Part shown: positions 13,452-26,959 of the stretch, piece after piece
How the letters are laid out: each line of letters opens with the position of its first letter
Position numbering within the stretch: position 1 is the first letter of the stretch
Assembly: GCA_951406725.2 (NCBI GenBank)
Contig: OX597826.1
Location: 59,954,001-60,018,000, forward strand
Reading direction: 5' to 3'
Length of the DNA stretch: 64,000 nucleotides
Source of the DNA: Octopus vulgaris
Taxonomy: Eukaryota
Position numbers and translations under genes: made by a program
The notes under the pieces: generated by a model
Databases searched by the model: none
The model's input: only the letters and a program-made list of their open reading frames with translations
Told to the model about the DNA's origin: nothing

Positions 13452-14554
13452 AGGCATGTACGTGTATCTCTGAAGTATATGGTATAGTGGAAAGCCTCCG
13501 TGCATTTCTCTACGAATATCAGAGCGGAGCTCTGCACCTTCATTCAAGCAATACAATTTTAGATGTATAGATAAATACGGGAATATTAGTTAACATACAA
13601 CTTAAGTCCTTTATTTATTGCGACGTTCTTGACATCTGTTGGACGTAGGATATATACCAAATGGCAATTAAGACCAGCCCCACATGTGAAGAGAAAATAA
13701 TGTCACGATTCAATGAGTCTCGAAATTTGACATGCCATTGAGGAAGAAGAGAGGTTATTGTCTTGATATAAGAAAAAAGTTGCCGACACGTTTTTCTAGT
13801 TTAATAGCCGTCTCCAGCACAACAATTGTATAATCCTATCTCCAGTAGGCACGAAACATAGACTTATGCGCAAAAGAGTAAAAAATATCTAGGGGTCTAG
13901 GTAATTTGCGTAATATCGCTTGTACTATGTTTGAGTGGTCAGCTACGGTCATTGACAAGATAAGCGCAACGTGTTATCAGGCTTGTATTCTGAAAGTAAT
14001 TTACGTATGTGACAAATTATGTCAGTTGGGAGCTTCGATGTTTCTTTTTATACCGACGAATTTAAGACGTTTTAGACACAGCTCATTTTAACGACTTAGA
14101 AACACAATATAATATAATTCGTCGTTTACCATACACAGAATACATTGCGCCTGCTCATTTTTACTTCACGAATTTTACAATCCTTTAGCTTGAAGACAGG
14201 TTAGAAAAAACAGGCAACTTAGATTCATCTTCCCAGATATGATTTCAATGGGCGTGTTTCTATATGTATAGTCCGGAACGTATGGTCTTCTTCTCTGTGA
14301 GCATCAGGTAGTGAATGCCAGTATTATCAGTGGCTGTTATAATATCTCTGTTCAGTATCCGCGCTTTTTTTTTTTGAGACGTTTTACAGATTCCACTAAC
14401 TCACATGAAACTGAGCAGATGAAACAGGATAAAAATCAAAAGAGAATGTAAGTTAAGAAATAATGGAATACATTACAGAAACAATCTAAACTTTTCGGAA
14501 GCAAGGTGAGTAAAAACATTCATCTACATAACCTTGCGAATAGGCATATAAAAT

Positions 14555-14606
14555 ACACACACACATACACATACACATACACACACACTCACACACGCAC
14601 ACAATT

Positions 14607-14655
<49 letters not shown>

Positions 14656-14703
14656 ATACATAGACCTATACATATATATATGTATATATGTATATACACA
14701 CAC

Positions 14704-14764
<61 letters not shown>

Positions 14765-14773
14765 AAATATGTA

Positions 14774-14806
<33 letters not shown>

Positions 14807-15010
14807 GTATATACATATAAATATATTTGCATATAAAGACATACACCCACACACCCACATATATACACACATATATATGTGTGTGTGCGTATGTGTGTGC
14901 ATGTGTTTGTAGGTATATCTATATATATATATAGATATAATGTTACACATACACTTGCATATATGTTTGTACAATATGTATGTGTGCATGTGTACATATA
15001 TATATATAGC
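14555..15010. repeat. (CA)n/(TA)n microsatellite region
   Basis: Directly visible. Confidence 0.9.
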
Positions 15011-15666
15011 TCTCCATATATTTATATGTATGCATTTCATTCTAAGGATATTACTTACTCTTCGTAGTGGAAGAAAATCTATTCTGGATTGGTTTACCTT
15101 TCTCCACTTCCGAATGCGAATTCAACGGAGTGTAAAAGTAAATTGATTCTACATGCGTCCAACTATAACCTTAGATATTAACACAAAACGCTCAAGCAAT
15201 CGGAATAATATGAGTAAAAATTCTGGTGAAATATATCTGCTTCGTATCAAAGTATTCATTGAAAAAAGAATTAAAAAAAAACGGGAAATAATGCTAGACA
15301 CACCATACACTTAGAACGAAGATGGCGAAGGAGTACAAAGAAAATTTCCTACGACATATATTCTACATAAATATACAGGTTAAACTAAAAGTCTTTCCAT
15401 GCTCTGAAATATTACACGGGAAAACAATGAGTTGAGACTAAACAGAGCAACGATAAACAAGGTGAAAATATTCGCTTTCTTGCTTTACTGCTTACATTTA
15501 TATATTCTGTCTGTATGTTTGTCTGTCTGCCTCTATGTAGGTGTACACATATAAGTGTGTGTGTTTGGGCATGTGTGCGTGCATTTTATATAAATGTATG
15601 TATATATATCTTCACACTATATACACATACATATATACATACATCTCTCTCCCTCCATCTCTCTCT

Positions 15667-15779
<113 letters not shown>

Positions 15780-16139
15780 TATGTTACATAGTATGTGCAA
15801 GTGTTTTTCTTTGTGTCTATATTGATATTTTCGCATTTATGTGTTGCGCTTCAGTGTGGAGAATATTATTGCCATGTCAATCATTCTTTCCTCATCTTCT
15901 CAATAGCGAAATGCCACTATCACCCGTTCCTTCACAAGATGAAACCAGACGGTTTTGAAAAAAATATATATTGTAGTTAAACGCGTTACTTTTTCGAACT
16001 AAAATATATCTGTCTAATTGAAGGTATATGAAAATATTAATTAAGAATAAGAGGCGAAGGACCAGGAACTAAAGTAGAAATACAATACATAATTCTTTCT
16101 AACTGAATTTTGCGCAAGGGCAAGTTTGATGGAGAATTA

Positions 16140-16290
16140 GATTACTCAACTGGCATATAATTTAGCTATCTGGAAATTATGAAAGGTAAATTCGACTGAC
16201 GTCGAATTTGAACTGGGAGCATAACCAACCGGAAGGAATACCAAGGAGTATTTTATCCGACACTCTAACAGTTCTGCCACATCACCGCTA
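16140..16290 (-). mobile_element. SINE family B, old diverged copy
   Basis: atgaaaggtaaattcgac...gaatttgaact...ctaacagttctgccacatcaccgc matches the reverse complement of family B. Confidence 0.65.
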
Positions 16291-16935
16291 ATGAGAGCTA
16301 CAATACATGATTGCAGAAATTATTTCCAAAATTGAAGCTGGCGAACTAAGTAACGTGGGTTATATTGAAATTGTAACACTGAGCACAGGAGTTAGCTCCA
16401 TTCCCAATGAAGCATTACAGAATAAGGATTTTTTTTTATTTCAAAGAATAAAACATATTTGCATATTATGGATAACGAGATAGTAATGGAATGTATAGTT
16501 TTGAAACTGTATATTAATCGGTTAAGATAACAGATTTATTGTGTACTCTGTATATTAGATGTTATTATGATAAAGTATATTCATAAATATGAATGTTTAT
16601 TTTCATGTGCTTAAAGAATGATATAAAAGTGAAATTAAGAAATTTTGTTCGGCCATAAAAAATTGTAATACAGTGTAATGAAAAGTCTTGTGGAGCAAAA
16701 GATGTTTCGAGATGAATCATAATATATTACACAAATCTACTTGTGTAATAGATATATATCTATAACAAGTATAGAATATTCGTGAGATATTCTTTGTGTT
16801 GGATAGCTTTCTGAGGGCATGTTTATGATCTATAGTGTCTGTGTGGTTTTGTGATATTTTTGGCAAGGTTCATGCGGAATGTTTATTGACTCTATGGATC
16901 TTTGCTTAAAGCTTGGCATTATTTAATTCGACATA

Positions 16936-17190
16936 GGCGGAGACGTGGTTGTGTGGTAACGACGTTTTCTTCCTAGCGACACGGTCCTGGGTTCAGTCCC
17001 ACTTCATAGCATTTAGAACAAGTGTCTTCTGTAGTAGCCGCGGGCTGACTAAATTCTTGTGAATGAATTTGGCACACAGTACTGAAAGAAGGCAATGGTG
17101 TATATATATATATACACGATAAGCTTCTTTCCCACCACCACCGGTTTTCAAGTGGTGTTGGGACAAATGAAGACATAAAGATTCGCATTC

Positions 17191-17242
<52 letters not shown>

Positions 17243-17542
17243 CTATAAATGAACAGAATATGGAGAAAACTTTTGATCAACAAACAAATTGACTACCATC
17301 GGTTAACTATTACTTGAACATTGCCAATGTCGTGTCTTTGTGTCTGTGTTTCTCCCAAAAACCACCCGAAAACCGATGTCGGTGCTTTAAGTCACCAAGA
17401 AGTTAACGGTTCCGGAAAAAGGACCAATAGAATAAGTACCAAGCTTTAAAAGGAATGTATTTAGTCGACTCATTCGACTGAATGTTCTTCCTGGAGGGGT
17501 CCCAGCATTGCCGCAGACTAATTTCTGAAATAAGTAAAGAAA
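16936..17542 (+). mobile_element. SINE family A, diverged, with an expanded internal (TA)n
   Basis: ggcggagacgtggttgtgtggta head, gggttcagtcccact B box, cccagcattgccgcag...gaaataagtaaaaga tail. Confidence 0.8.
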
Positions 17543-18535
17543 ATGGTATATGGTGTGTTATTTGCAGATATTTCGTTTTAGTTGTCGTTTTAGTTTCTAG
17601 GAACGAATTATCATTTCTTTTACGAGGCTTTCGAGAAGCTTAGTTGTGTTACTAACAACGTAGTTTAAACAAGCTGGAGGTTAAACTCCTGAGTCCTTTA
17701 AATAATTAATTAGTAGCTAATGGATTTTAGTACACCGATGTTGAGTAGTAAATAATTTTCACTATTGAATTTTGTTTAAGAGGAGTAATGTAATTATTAA
17801 TAGGCGTATACAAGTTAGGCACCTTACTTTTGGAAATTTTTGACTAGAGTTTGTAGGATCAGTATAAAGAAACTAGTATACCAGGCTTATATCTAAAGTT
17901 ATAAGAGGAATACACTATACATGCCGACTATGCTACTGAGTTTTTACGACCTTAGAAATTGTAGATTCATAATCAGTTTCATTGTGAACATAATAAGTTT
18001 CTCTATTGTAACATATTGTGATACACTACAACGGATAGTATTAAAATACAATCAGTTATTTATTACTTTGTAACACGAGATCGAAATATCCGCACACTTT
18101 TCCCTATATCAATGTCTATGAATGTTTTGCTTTCGTAGTTATATATATATAAATATCGTGTGATATAGCCCAGGGTAAAATATTGATATATTTACTATAT
18201 TTAGTAATATGGTTTAGTATTACGGCAAGACCTAAGTTGTTGTGACTTGGAGACTTCCAGATTCAAATAGCCGAGTAGCCTTGTTAGCTTCAACAGTGAT
18301 ACTGGCAGAGTCTCACGGCATGGAATTTCAAGGCAACCAAAGCTAATGGACCAATTTCATCCCGGGATTGGTGAAAAATATCAGAATGACAGCGGAAGTA
18401 TACACATTCACACACTCACATACGCACACATACACAAGCACTCACATGCACGCACACACAGATAATAAACTAAACATACGAGAAGAGGACCGTCCACAAG
18501 GAATGTATTAGTTTGATGCTCGGTAAAAAGAGAGA

Positions 18536-18570
18536 GTTTGAAGTTTCGAGCATAGCTCTTCGTCAGAAAC
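18536..18570 (-). ncRNA. Minimal type I hammerhead motif (Penelope pLTR-like), with a substitution in stem III
   Basis: Minus strand: gttt CTGACGA a gagc tat gctc GAAA c t tc aaac; stem I gttt/aaac, stem II gagc/gctc; same family as 51933-51967. Confidence 0.65.
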
Positions 18571-18631
18571 GAAGAAAAGAAGAATTCCAAAGTTACATTT
18601 ATACATATACATTTTATTTAACACTTAATTT

Positions 18632-18850
18632 TTTACTTGTTTCAGTCATTTGAGTTCCGCCATGCTGGAGCACCTCCCTCAAGAATTATATATATATATA
18701 CGGGTGGCTGTTTTCAGTTTCTGTATCAAATCCATTCAGAAGACTTTGTTCTGTCCGAGGCTTTAGTACAAAACACTTGTCGAAGGTGGCATGCAGCGGG
18801 ATGACGTGGTTGGGAAGCAAGCTTCTTACCACACAGCCACACCTGCGCTT
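18632..18850 (-). mobile_element. SINE family A, internally deleted
   Basis: ttttacttgtttcagtcatttga...gccatgctggagcacc and cttaccacacagccacacctgcgc termini. Confidence 0.85.
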
Positions 18851-19169
18851 ATGCGTACTCATGCCGGGATCGAATCCGCTTCGCTCCAACAATAATAAAT
18901 AAAACATTCTCTAGACCACCTCTCCATCAAAAATTCACCCTACAACTTAATTGCCTCTCCACTCAAACGTATACACAGTGTAGGAATTGTTTATCTCAAC
19001 AATGACGCTATAAAGCTATGTTGGCCAAAACTTTGAATAATATTTTTAAGAACAATAAATTTGTATAGAGTAACCCTTCAGATTAAAGTAAAGTTTTTTT
19101 TTTCATATACCTGAAAATAAAAACAAATATTAATAACTATAGACACATACGTAAACACACACACATATG

Positions 19170-19253
<84 letters not shown>

Positions 19254-20247
19254 AATAGATAGATAGATAAATAGATAAATATATAGATAGGTAGAGAGAT
19301 AGATGCATATATGCCCAGCGAGTGAAGACCTTTTTTATTTTATCTAGATATACATGTACTTGTATGTTTTTCATACTACAGACACACGAAAATGCCCACA
19401 TGCAGAAACATATCCCCACGCACAGGCACACACAAATATATTTATACACGCACACGTACACACATAGATAAATTTAGGTGTTTGTGCGTGTGTATGTATG
19501 TGTGTGTGTGTGTGCGCGTGTGTGCCTATAATATTGAAGGTTTATCCAAGAAATTCGATAGCGCAATGGACTGTGCAAAAGGTTTATCTCTGTCGATTCC
19601 GAAGTAGTATATAATAAGTTTGTGTGAAAGCGATTATCGACAAGCGTGGAGAGGATAAATTTCGATTGAAATGAAGTGTTAAATGTTAGTTGCTTAAATT
19701 TACTTATTCTGGCTCGAATAAATAGCTGTTTGTCGTGACTGGTGAGAGATTGAATTTCATTTGGTGAACAGAAATATAAAGAAAAACAGAAGACACTGTG
19801 AAAGTATGGACGATAGGTGTAACGGAGGGGAAGAAGCAGTAAGCATGTGTGTTGCCGTGATGTTGTTCTCCCACCTGATGTGATGTATACCGAATTTTCT
19901 CAAACTTTCGATGGTAATAGTCTGTGAAATCGGCCAGTAATTTGGTGGTTTGCAATTCCAAGATAAAATATACGTATATATACACATGCGCTCACACGCA
20001 AACACATAAGCCATAACGACGTGTGGATTCTCATTCACACATACACATCTAAAACACAAGTACGGATACATACAAAAATGAATAGTCATATATGCAAAGA
20101 CATACCTTTATACATTATGTTTGAGAGTTTGTCTATATGATTGGCTGGGCGAATATTTGTGCGTGAATGTACGTGCGAACGCTGTTATATTGTAGTGCTT
20201 TGTCATTGATTATGAGCGTTATGAAGTGTTAGTAAAGATGTAGTGCT

Positions 20248-20556
20248 GTCATCTGCATTGTAAGTTCGATTCTTCCCAGAGTCAGATAATTTTTTTTTCT
20301 ATTCCAAGAATTTCTATTCTTGATATGAGCTTTGCCTGTTGATATGTTGGCCGTCATCTGCATTGTAAGTTCGATTCTTGCCAGAGTCAGATAATATTTT
20401 TTCTATTCCAAGAATTTCTATTCTTGATATGACCTTTGCTTGTTGATATGTTGGTCGTCATCTGCATTGTAAGTTCGATTCTTGCCAGAGTCAGATAATT
20501 TTTTTCTATTCCAAGAATTTCTATTCTTGATATGAGCTTTGCTTGTTGATATGTTG
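20248..20556. repeat. Tandem triplication of a ~104-bp unit
   Basis: Units start at 20248, 20353 and 20457 (gtcatctgcattgtaagttcgattctt.ccagagtcagataat...gatatgttg) and are highly similar. Confidence 0.95.
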
Positions 20557-21119
20557 CGTTCTGTATTTCTTAACACTAGAACAGTTCGGTGGTTTCAACA
20601 CCTTACCTGACAGCTCTGTCATACAGATATTTTAACACCAAGCTAACGATATATTCTTTAGGATATTGCAAACCTACTTGACATAGCAAATAAATCTCTT
20701 TCAACTAACACTTTACCACCTCAAAATATAAATGCACATAAGGTCATGTAATCCTTCATTGCCTACAGCTGAAAAATAAATAAATGAGATGCACATTTCT
20801 AAGACCCATTTTACGTGAAATTTGCGCAATTGGGGTTGAACTGATATAAATCAACGACTAAAACTTCACTATCACGTGACAATCTTCAAATCTTTATATA
20901 ACCGAGCAAGCCTGCAGAAATATTTGCCGAATCTTTCTAAAAATCACACATAACATCTTTAAAAGCGAAATACAAAATGGCTGATGCAGTCTTAGATAAA
21001 ACATATCAGAAACAAAGAGTGTATGATCAACACTCAAACGCATCTCGTAAGAGTTCTACTGGCTTGGCTTTAATCAAGGAAAAAAACAGTCAATAACGAC
21101 AATATATTCATATCTTTTC

Positions 21120-21500
21120 ACTTTTATCTTTTCACCGTTTCACTCATTGGATTGCGGCCATGTACGGCTAACGCCTTAACGGATTTACTCCAACATATCT
21201 AGCCCAGTATACGTGTTCTGCAATTCTGATACTTATTCTATCAGATCCTCATGTCGAACTGCTTGGTTACTGAGAATTAAACAAGCAAACAGCGGTTGTC
21301 AAGTGGTTTGGGAGAGCCAACACAAACGGACAGACACACAGGCACATACATTCACAAATATTTACATATTTATATTTATATACGTTGGGCTTCCAGACGA
21401 TATCTGTCTAGCAATTTCACTCATAGAAAACACACATCTAAAGTACCACGCGGTCGGATGGGACTCGAAACCTTCGGGTTTAAAAGCAGCGTATTAACCG
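21120..21500 (-). mobile_element. SINE family A, old diverged copy
   Basis: cattggattgcggccatg, cggttgtcaagtggt and gggactcgaaacc match the reverse complement of family A. Confidence 0.65.
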
Positions 21501-22079
21501 TATAGAAATTGTGATTTTAATAAGTACGATGGGTCACTGGGGTCGATTTCGGTGGTAAGTGTTGTAGTTGTTCTATCAAAGGAGTAACCTAATCATTGTA
21601 TTTCAAAGACATTTCTTGGAGCAACGTAAATTGGAAGAAATCACCTCCCCACTACGTGTAAAGGAATGAATTTCGAGACAATAGTGCCATTCACGAAAAC
21701 CGAAGAGGTAGATTACAATGTGTAACTCTTTTGGATTTTCGATCGATAATTGCAATCCTAATGGCCTTTAAGTAGGCCGGTACTTGACTTCGGCCAATTG
21801 TTATTGTCCGTATTTGCACCTTTAAAGTGCATTTAGATGTTATAAAACATACTGGCTGCTTTTTTTTCGCTTCTCTCGAATGGAGAGTTTATTCCGACTG
21901 AATGGTAAGCTTTTAGTTCTTTTGTTTAACAGTGTTTTGGATGTTATTCTAAAAATAGTTCCGAACTGACTTTTTGACCCTACTGGTTAAGGGAAGAATC
22001 TGCTGTCTAGAAACTAGGTCATGTAACCATTCCACACTTATTATTATTATTATTATTATTATTATTTTTTTATAAACTC

Positions 22080-24385
22080 TTGGGCGCTACCAATCATATA
22101 TTTTGTTGCCACTCAAAATATTCTATTAGTACTATTAGTACTGCACGCCCCGTATATTTAAGCCTTTCTCGTATAAGTATTATTGATTATAATATTAATC
22201 AATATGTTTTTATAGAGATTATTAATGTGGTTATATATTTATCTCATTGTTCTTGTACTATATTTAATTATATTTTGGAATACATCTTTTGCCGTTCTAC
22301 TAGAGGTATCATATATTATCATGATGGTAACGTATTACGTCACTATAATATTTTTCGATTGGATAATTCAATTTCCTATCATTTTAACATATATCTATAT
22401 TTCGTTATTTATATCCCATAAATCACATATTCTATCCATGTTTGTTGTATGCTGTACCCCTCAGTTTCTTTTACTATTATTTTATTATATTTATTTATTT
22501 TTATTGTACGTATGTTTAACCCTATAGACTCAACATAATCCTCTCCCCGCTTGTTATTGATTAATTTAATTTTACATGTAATGATCTGGTAAATTTCTTC
22601 GACGCATGACTCATATATTTTGCTCCCTCACTGTAAGATTTTTCTCGGCTAATTATTTCCCATGTAAGTTCATAATCCTCACTTTTATCTTTAATCGACC
22701 AAATTATTTTGCATAGGGTAGTGCTCGTCTCTAGATATTCTCATGATTAGCTATCCTTCTTTTTATATAACTTCCTCTAGTTTCTATATAATAATATACT
22801 TGTCCTTCGGATGTAACCTTACACCTATTTATAACTTCTATTACTCTACAATTAGAATTGAGTGGGCATCATCTTCCTTTGAACAATCACATGTTCTATG
22901 TTTGTAATACTTTCTGTTTCTTTTTCCCTATTTTATATCTTTGTTTTTTATATCTTATGCTTTCAGAGTTATCTCCTTTATATATTAATTCTAGGTTTGG
23001 AGTATTTTTAATTGCCTAAGATAATGTACGTTGCTTTGTTTAATACTTCCGTTACTATTTTCATTGCTGTTGTTATTATTTTATTAATATTTTTTATTGT
23101 TTTCATCTTTATAATTGTGAGTGTTAGTAATTATAGTTTATGTACTCTATATCAATAATTTTGAGGTTAATAATATCAATTTTGTTTTTACTTATTACAG
23201 ATTGTACGTTTATAGGTTTAGATCATTGTGGAGAATTTCCTACAGTTATTTCCCTTCCACCATTTTCCTTATAAGCCCTATTATCATTGATTCTATCACA
23301 TTTTTTTCATTTAGAAATTCATTTTAATTCTTCCTACTCTCATCTTTGTACAAGCTAATTAATCGTTTAGCATATTGTGCAACAATAATTTGTGTTATAT
23401 TTCTTTATTTACAGAAAGTAACTCTCACTTTGTGTGATTTAACTATTTTAAAGTATTTAATGTTTGCTGAGGAATGCATATAAACCGCTGAATAGAAGAG
23501 TTTCGTTATATTGGTGCTACTTTATTTCACGAATGGTATTATGAACCATTCAATTGTAACTTTAGAATGATTTTTGTGGAAGACATAGCTAATTATGCAT
23601 GGCGTGTATTATTTTTCTTGGTTTATTTGAATTATTTTTATTTAATATATTACCATTTTCTTTAACCTTGCTATTGTTACTTTCTGTTCTATTTTGGTTT
23701 GTATATATATAGTTATTTTTATTGCAGTGTTTTATTTCCAACTTCTTTTTAAACCTATTTGCGTTACACTTTATCCGTTTCATAGTGTTTCCACTTTTAT
23801 TATTATCATTTGATTTATCTTCTATCTATATCATAAAGTGTTCTTCTTTATTACACTTGTCCATTTTATATACTATTTCATTCTTTACCTCCATACATTT
23901 GTATTTTTTCAAGGTTAATATCATCATTAGGAATCTTATTTGCTGTGTTATTTTTCTTTTTATGAGTTTATGCTCGGTTTATAGAATTTTAATTTTCGTT
24001 TGTATCCGGCTTTGCTTATTGCTATGTTATAATAATCTACATTTTGTTTAAATATCTCCTCGTTCACGGAGCAATTTGAAACTCTTCTCGATATATTTTC
24101 TACATTTTCCGTAAGGTTTGTGGTAGTGTTTATATTTACCTGCTTGAAGATTTAGGTTTATATCACAGAAATTAACATAGTTGTGTTCTTTTTCAATTAT
24201 CATAAGCAGCCCTATATGTTTGAAGAATTTATAGAATCTCTTTTGTATTTTTTGTTTGCCTATTAGAAGGGCTCTACAGGGTAAATGGTACATCATCCTT
24301 GTACAGACCACATTCGAGTTCTGGAAATTCTCTACCTCAGGTAAACATTATATATATTCCCACCAAATTTTTAACCTGTGCTATA
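22080..24385 (-). mobile_element. Decayed, 5'-truncated Penelope-like element (RT plus GIY-YIG)
   Basis: Minus strand: NLVGIYIMF..FPELECGLYKDDV (~24290-24370, RT YxDD); VNFCDINLNLQAGKYKHYHKP; then RTCDCSK/CPLNSNCRVIEVINRCKVTSEGQVYYYIET (~22780-22900, Cys cluster plus GIY-YIG); many stops. Confidence 0.85.
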
Positions 24386-25165
24386 TTTTCGTTATTTTTC
24401 ATTTGTTCTGCTCGCTTACGTTCTTGGCGCGTTGAATTAATTCTTGAGAACAATTCTTTGGTGGCGGATTCCCTTTGCGGTTCTATATCTAGCGTTAGAT
24501 AGATATCTACATAGTGGACCCTCTCTTATTGTTTTGTATTAATAATTTTTACTGTATTCCAGTCTTTTATACGCTAGGCCACTTGGTGTTTGAATTGATG
24601 TTACTAATTACCATTCAATTTTTTCACCCTTATTTTGACTTTAATTATAAATTAAAATGTTCTCAAACCGGCAGTAAATTACTTAGGCAGTATTTACATC
24701 CGGCGATTTAGCGCGCCAGAATGAGGGCATTTGAACGTAACTGTGAATATAATCGGCTGTACCGTTCGTCTCGGTTCAACCTCGTGTGGATTTTGCCGTT
24801 CGGTCCGACAAATTATATTCTGATGTACTCTACTGACGATTCGAAAATACTTATGCAAGTAAAACTATATAATCTATTAACGATGAAACAATTGTATAGA
24901 GTTAATCTATTTTTTCGTTATTTTTCACTTGTCCTGCTCGCTTACGTTCTTGGCGTGTTGAATTAATTCTTGAGAACAATTCTTTGGTGGCGGATTCCCT
25001 TTGCGGATCTATATCTAGCGTTAGAGAGTCCACATAGTGGACTCTCTCTCATTGTTTTGTATTTATAATTTTTACTGTATCCCAGTCTTTTATACGCTAG
25101 GCCACTTGGTGTTTGAACTGATGTTACTAATTAATATTCAATTTTTTCACCCTTATTTTGTCTTT
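24381..25165 (+). repeat. ~260-bp direct repeats (24381-24643 and 24907-25165) flanking a hammerhead; pLTR/retrozyme-like 1.5-mer
   Basis: Both copies read ...ctgctcgcttacgttct.ggcg.gttgaattaattcttgagaacaattctttggtggcggattccc...cacccttattttg. Confidence 0.9.
24827..24902 (+). ncRNA. Type I hammerhead ribozyme, near intact
   Basis: Perfect stem I actcta(24827-32)/tagagt(24897-902); CTGACGA 24833-39; stem II tcg/cga; GAAA 24885-88; palindromic stem III caattg; GUA triplet 24894-96. Confidence 0.8.
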
Positions 25166-25203
25166 ATATGTATATAACATTGCATTACATATGTATACAG
25201 ATA

Positions 25204-26422
25204 TAGGAGGATCGGCTGTAAAGTTTATTGGCTGACCGAGATGTTCTCATGGAATGTAACTAAATGAAGTTCAGATTCCACATAATCTCATTACAGTCCA
25301 CACACTAAATCCATCGGTGATGCAGTGCTTGCATCCCATTGCAGAAAAATCTTTCACACTGTTGGTCGAAGTCATAAACAGGATAACAGTGCAAAATCAT
25401 GGTGATGCTGGTTTGCAACCAAGAGCTTTACCATGTTGGAGAACAAATGATTATGAGGGGGGGGGGGCAAATCCGTAGACATATAATCCACAGTCACTCA
25501 CGACAGCTAATGAAATCAAGGAATTGTATGCTGGCACTTTGCTCTCATGGAACGAGACAATTTTCTTCTGAGTTCTTCGGCGTTTGGACTTGACAGTGTT
25601 TCGTAACTGCCTCAGTAAGTTGGCATAGTACTTTCCGTTGATGGTGTTGCATTCTTTAGTCAATAAACACAATGCCCTTTGTATTCCAAAAAATTCCGAG
25701 GGCATCATCTTCCTGGCAAATTAAACAACTTTGTCCTTCTTTGGAGCAAGTAAGGAAAATTGTTTCTTTGTTTCTTGGTCAAAGTTATGATTCAAACACT
25801 CATCGTGAATTAAGAAATATTCCAGGAAATGAGTTGGATCTGCTCCAATCAATGACAGACTTACTCTTGGTGTGATCAGACGTAACTCCCAATGAGCAGG
25901 AACCTTTGTCATGCCAAATTCATTGTGCAGAATATTTTTAACTCTCCCACAGCCTATGCTAATTGCCTTCGTTATTAGATATATGTAGTCAATCTCCTGT
26001 CATCTATCAGCAAGGTGTAAACACCGTCAATATTTTCCTCATTCGTGACAGTAGCAGGGCGTCCAAATCTGATGTCATCTTCTAGACTATCATTTCTCCT
26101 CCTAAACAGAGCCCACTTTTCCACAGTTCACAAAGCTGGAGTACCATCTCCTAACGTAGTTACGATATGATCATGAATGCTCTTGAAGGCTAAACCTTTT
26201 TGTGCTACTATTTCCCAACATTACAACAGCGAATTTTGTCCATTTTCAAGATAAGTCGCTACTAGTTACTTTTGAATTCTTTTTTGAACAGTCAAATATC
26301 AGTTTACCTGGAAAGAAGCAATGCAGTTATTACCGAGAAGAGTTGAAAATAAAGCAAGCAACATTTCAGAACTAGAATCACTCCTTCATAGACAGCCAAT
26401 GACCTTTACAGCCCATTCCGTA
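25204..26422 (-). mobile_element. Full-length (~1.2 kb) decayed mariner transposon
   Basis: TIRs (ggctgtaaagtttattggctg / cagccaatgacctttacagcc) with flanking TA; minus-strand remnants TKVPAHWELRLITP (WVPRLL), TINGKYYANLLRQLR and FCNGMQALHHRWI*CVD. Confidence 0.9.
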
Positions 26423-26444
26423 CATGTTTTTGTTTGCTTGTGTG

Positions 26445-26486
<42 letters not shown>

Positions 26487-26914
26487 AATATGTATATATT
26501 CATATATACATATTTCAACGCATTTATGCAATTAGTGAATCATGTCAGCGACACGGAAATCTCGAGTGTAACATCCGGTGTGAATTTCTCTTCTGTACAT
26601 CCATTGCCATTAAGATGCTTTTTCGAAGCAAATCAAATCCTAGATTCTGTTACTGTTGGTTGTTTCTCTCTCAACATGAAGTTGTCACTTACGATGATGG
26701 ATGTTCTCTTTTACTTGTGTATTTAATCGTATTAAACTATATGATATTACTGACTGTCTATTTGGAAGTTGCAGTTCACAGCGAAACAGTGGAGACTTAA
26801 GTAATGGCGAAAGAAATATATTTGTGCCCGGTTTCGTTGTTAATGTTTGTATAACTTTTGTTTCTCTTCTCTTGCTCTTGCTACTGTTTCCTTCTCTGCG
26901 ACTCCATTTCTCAC

Positions 26915-26959
<45 letters not shown>

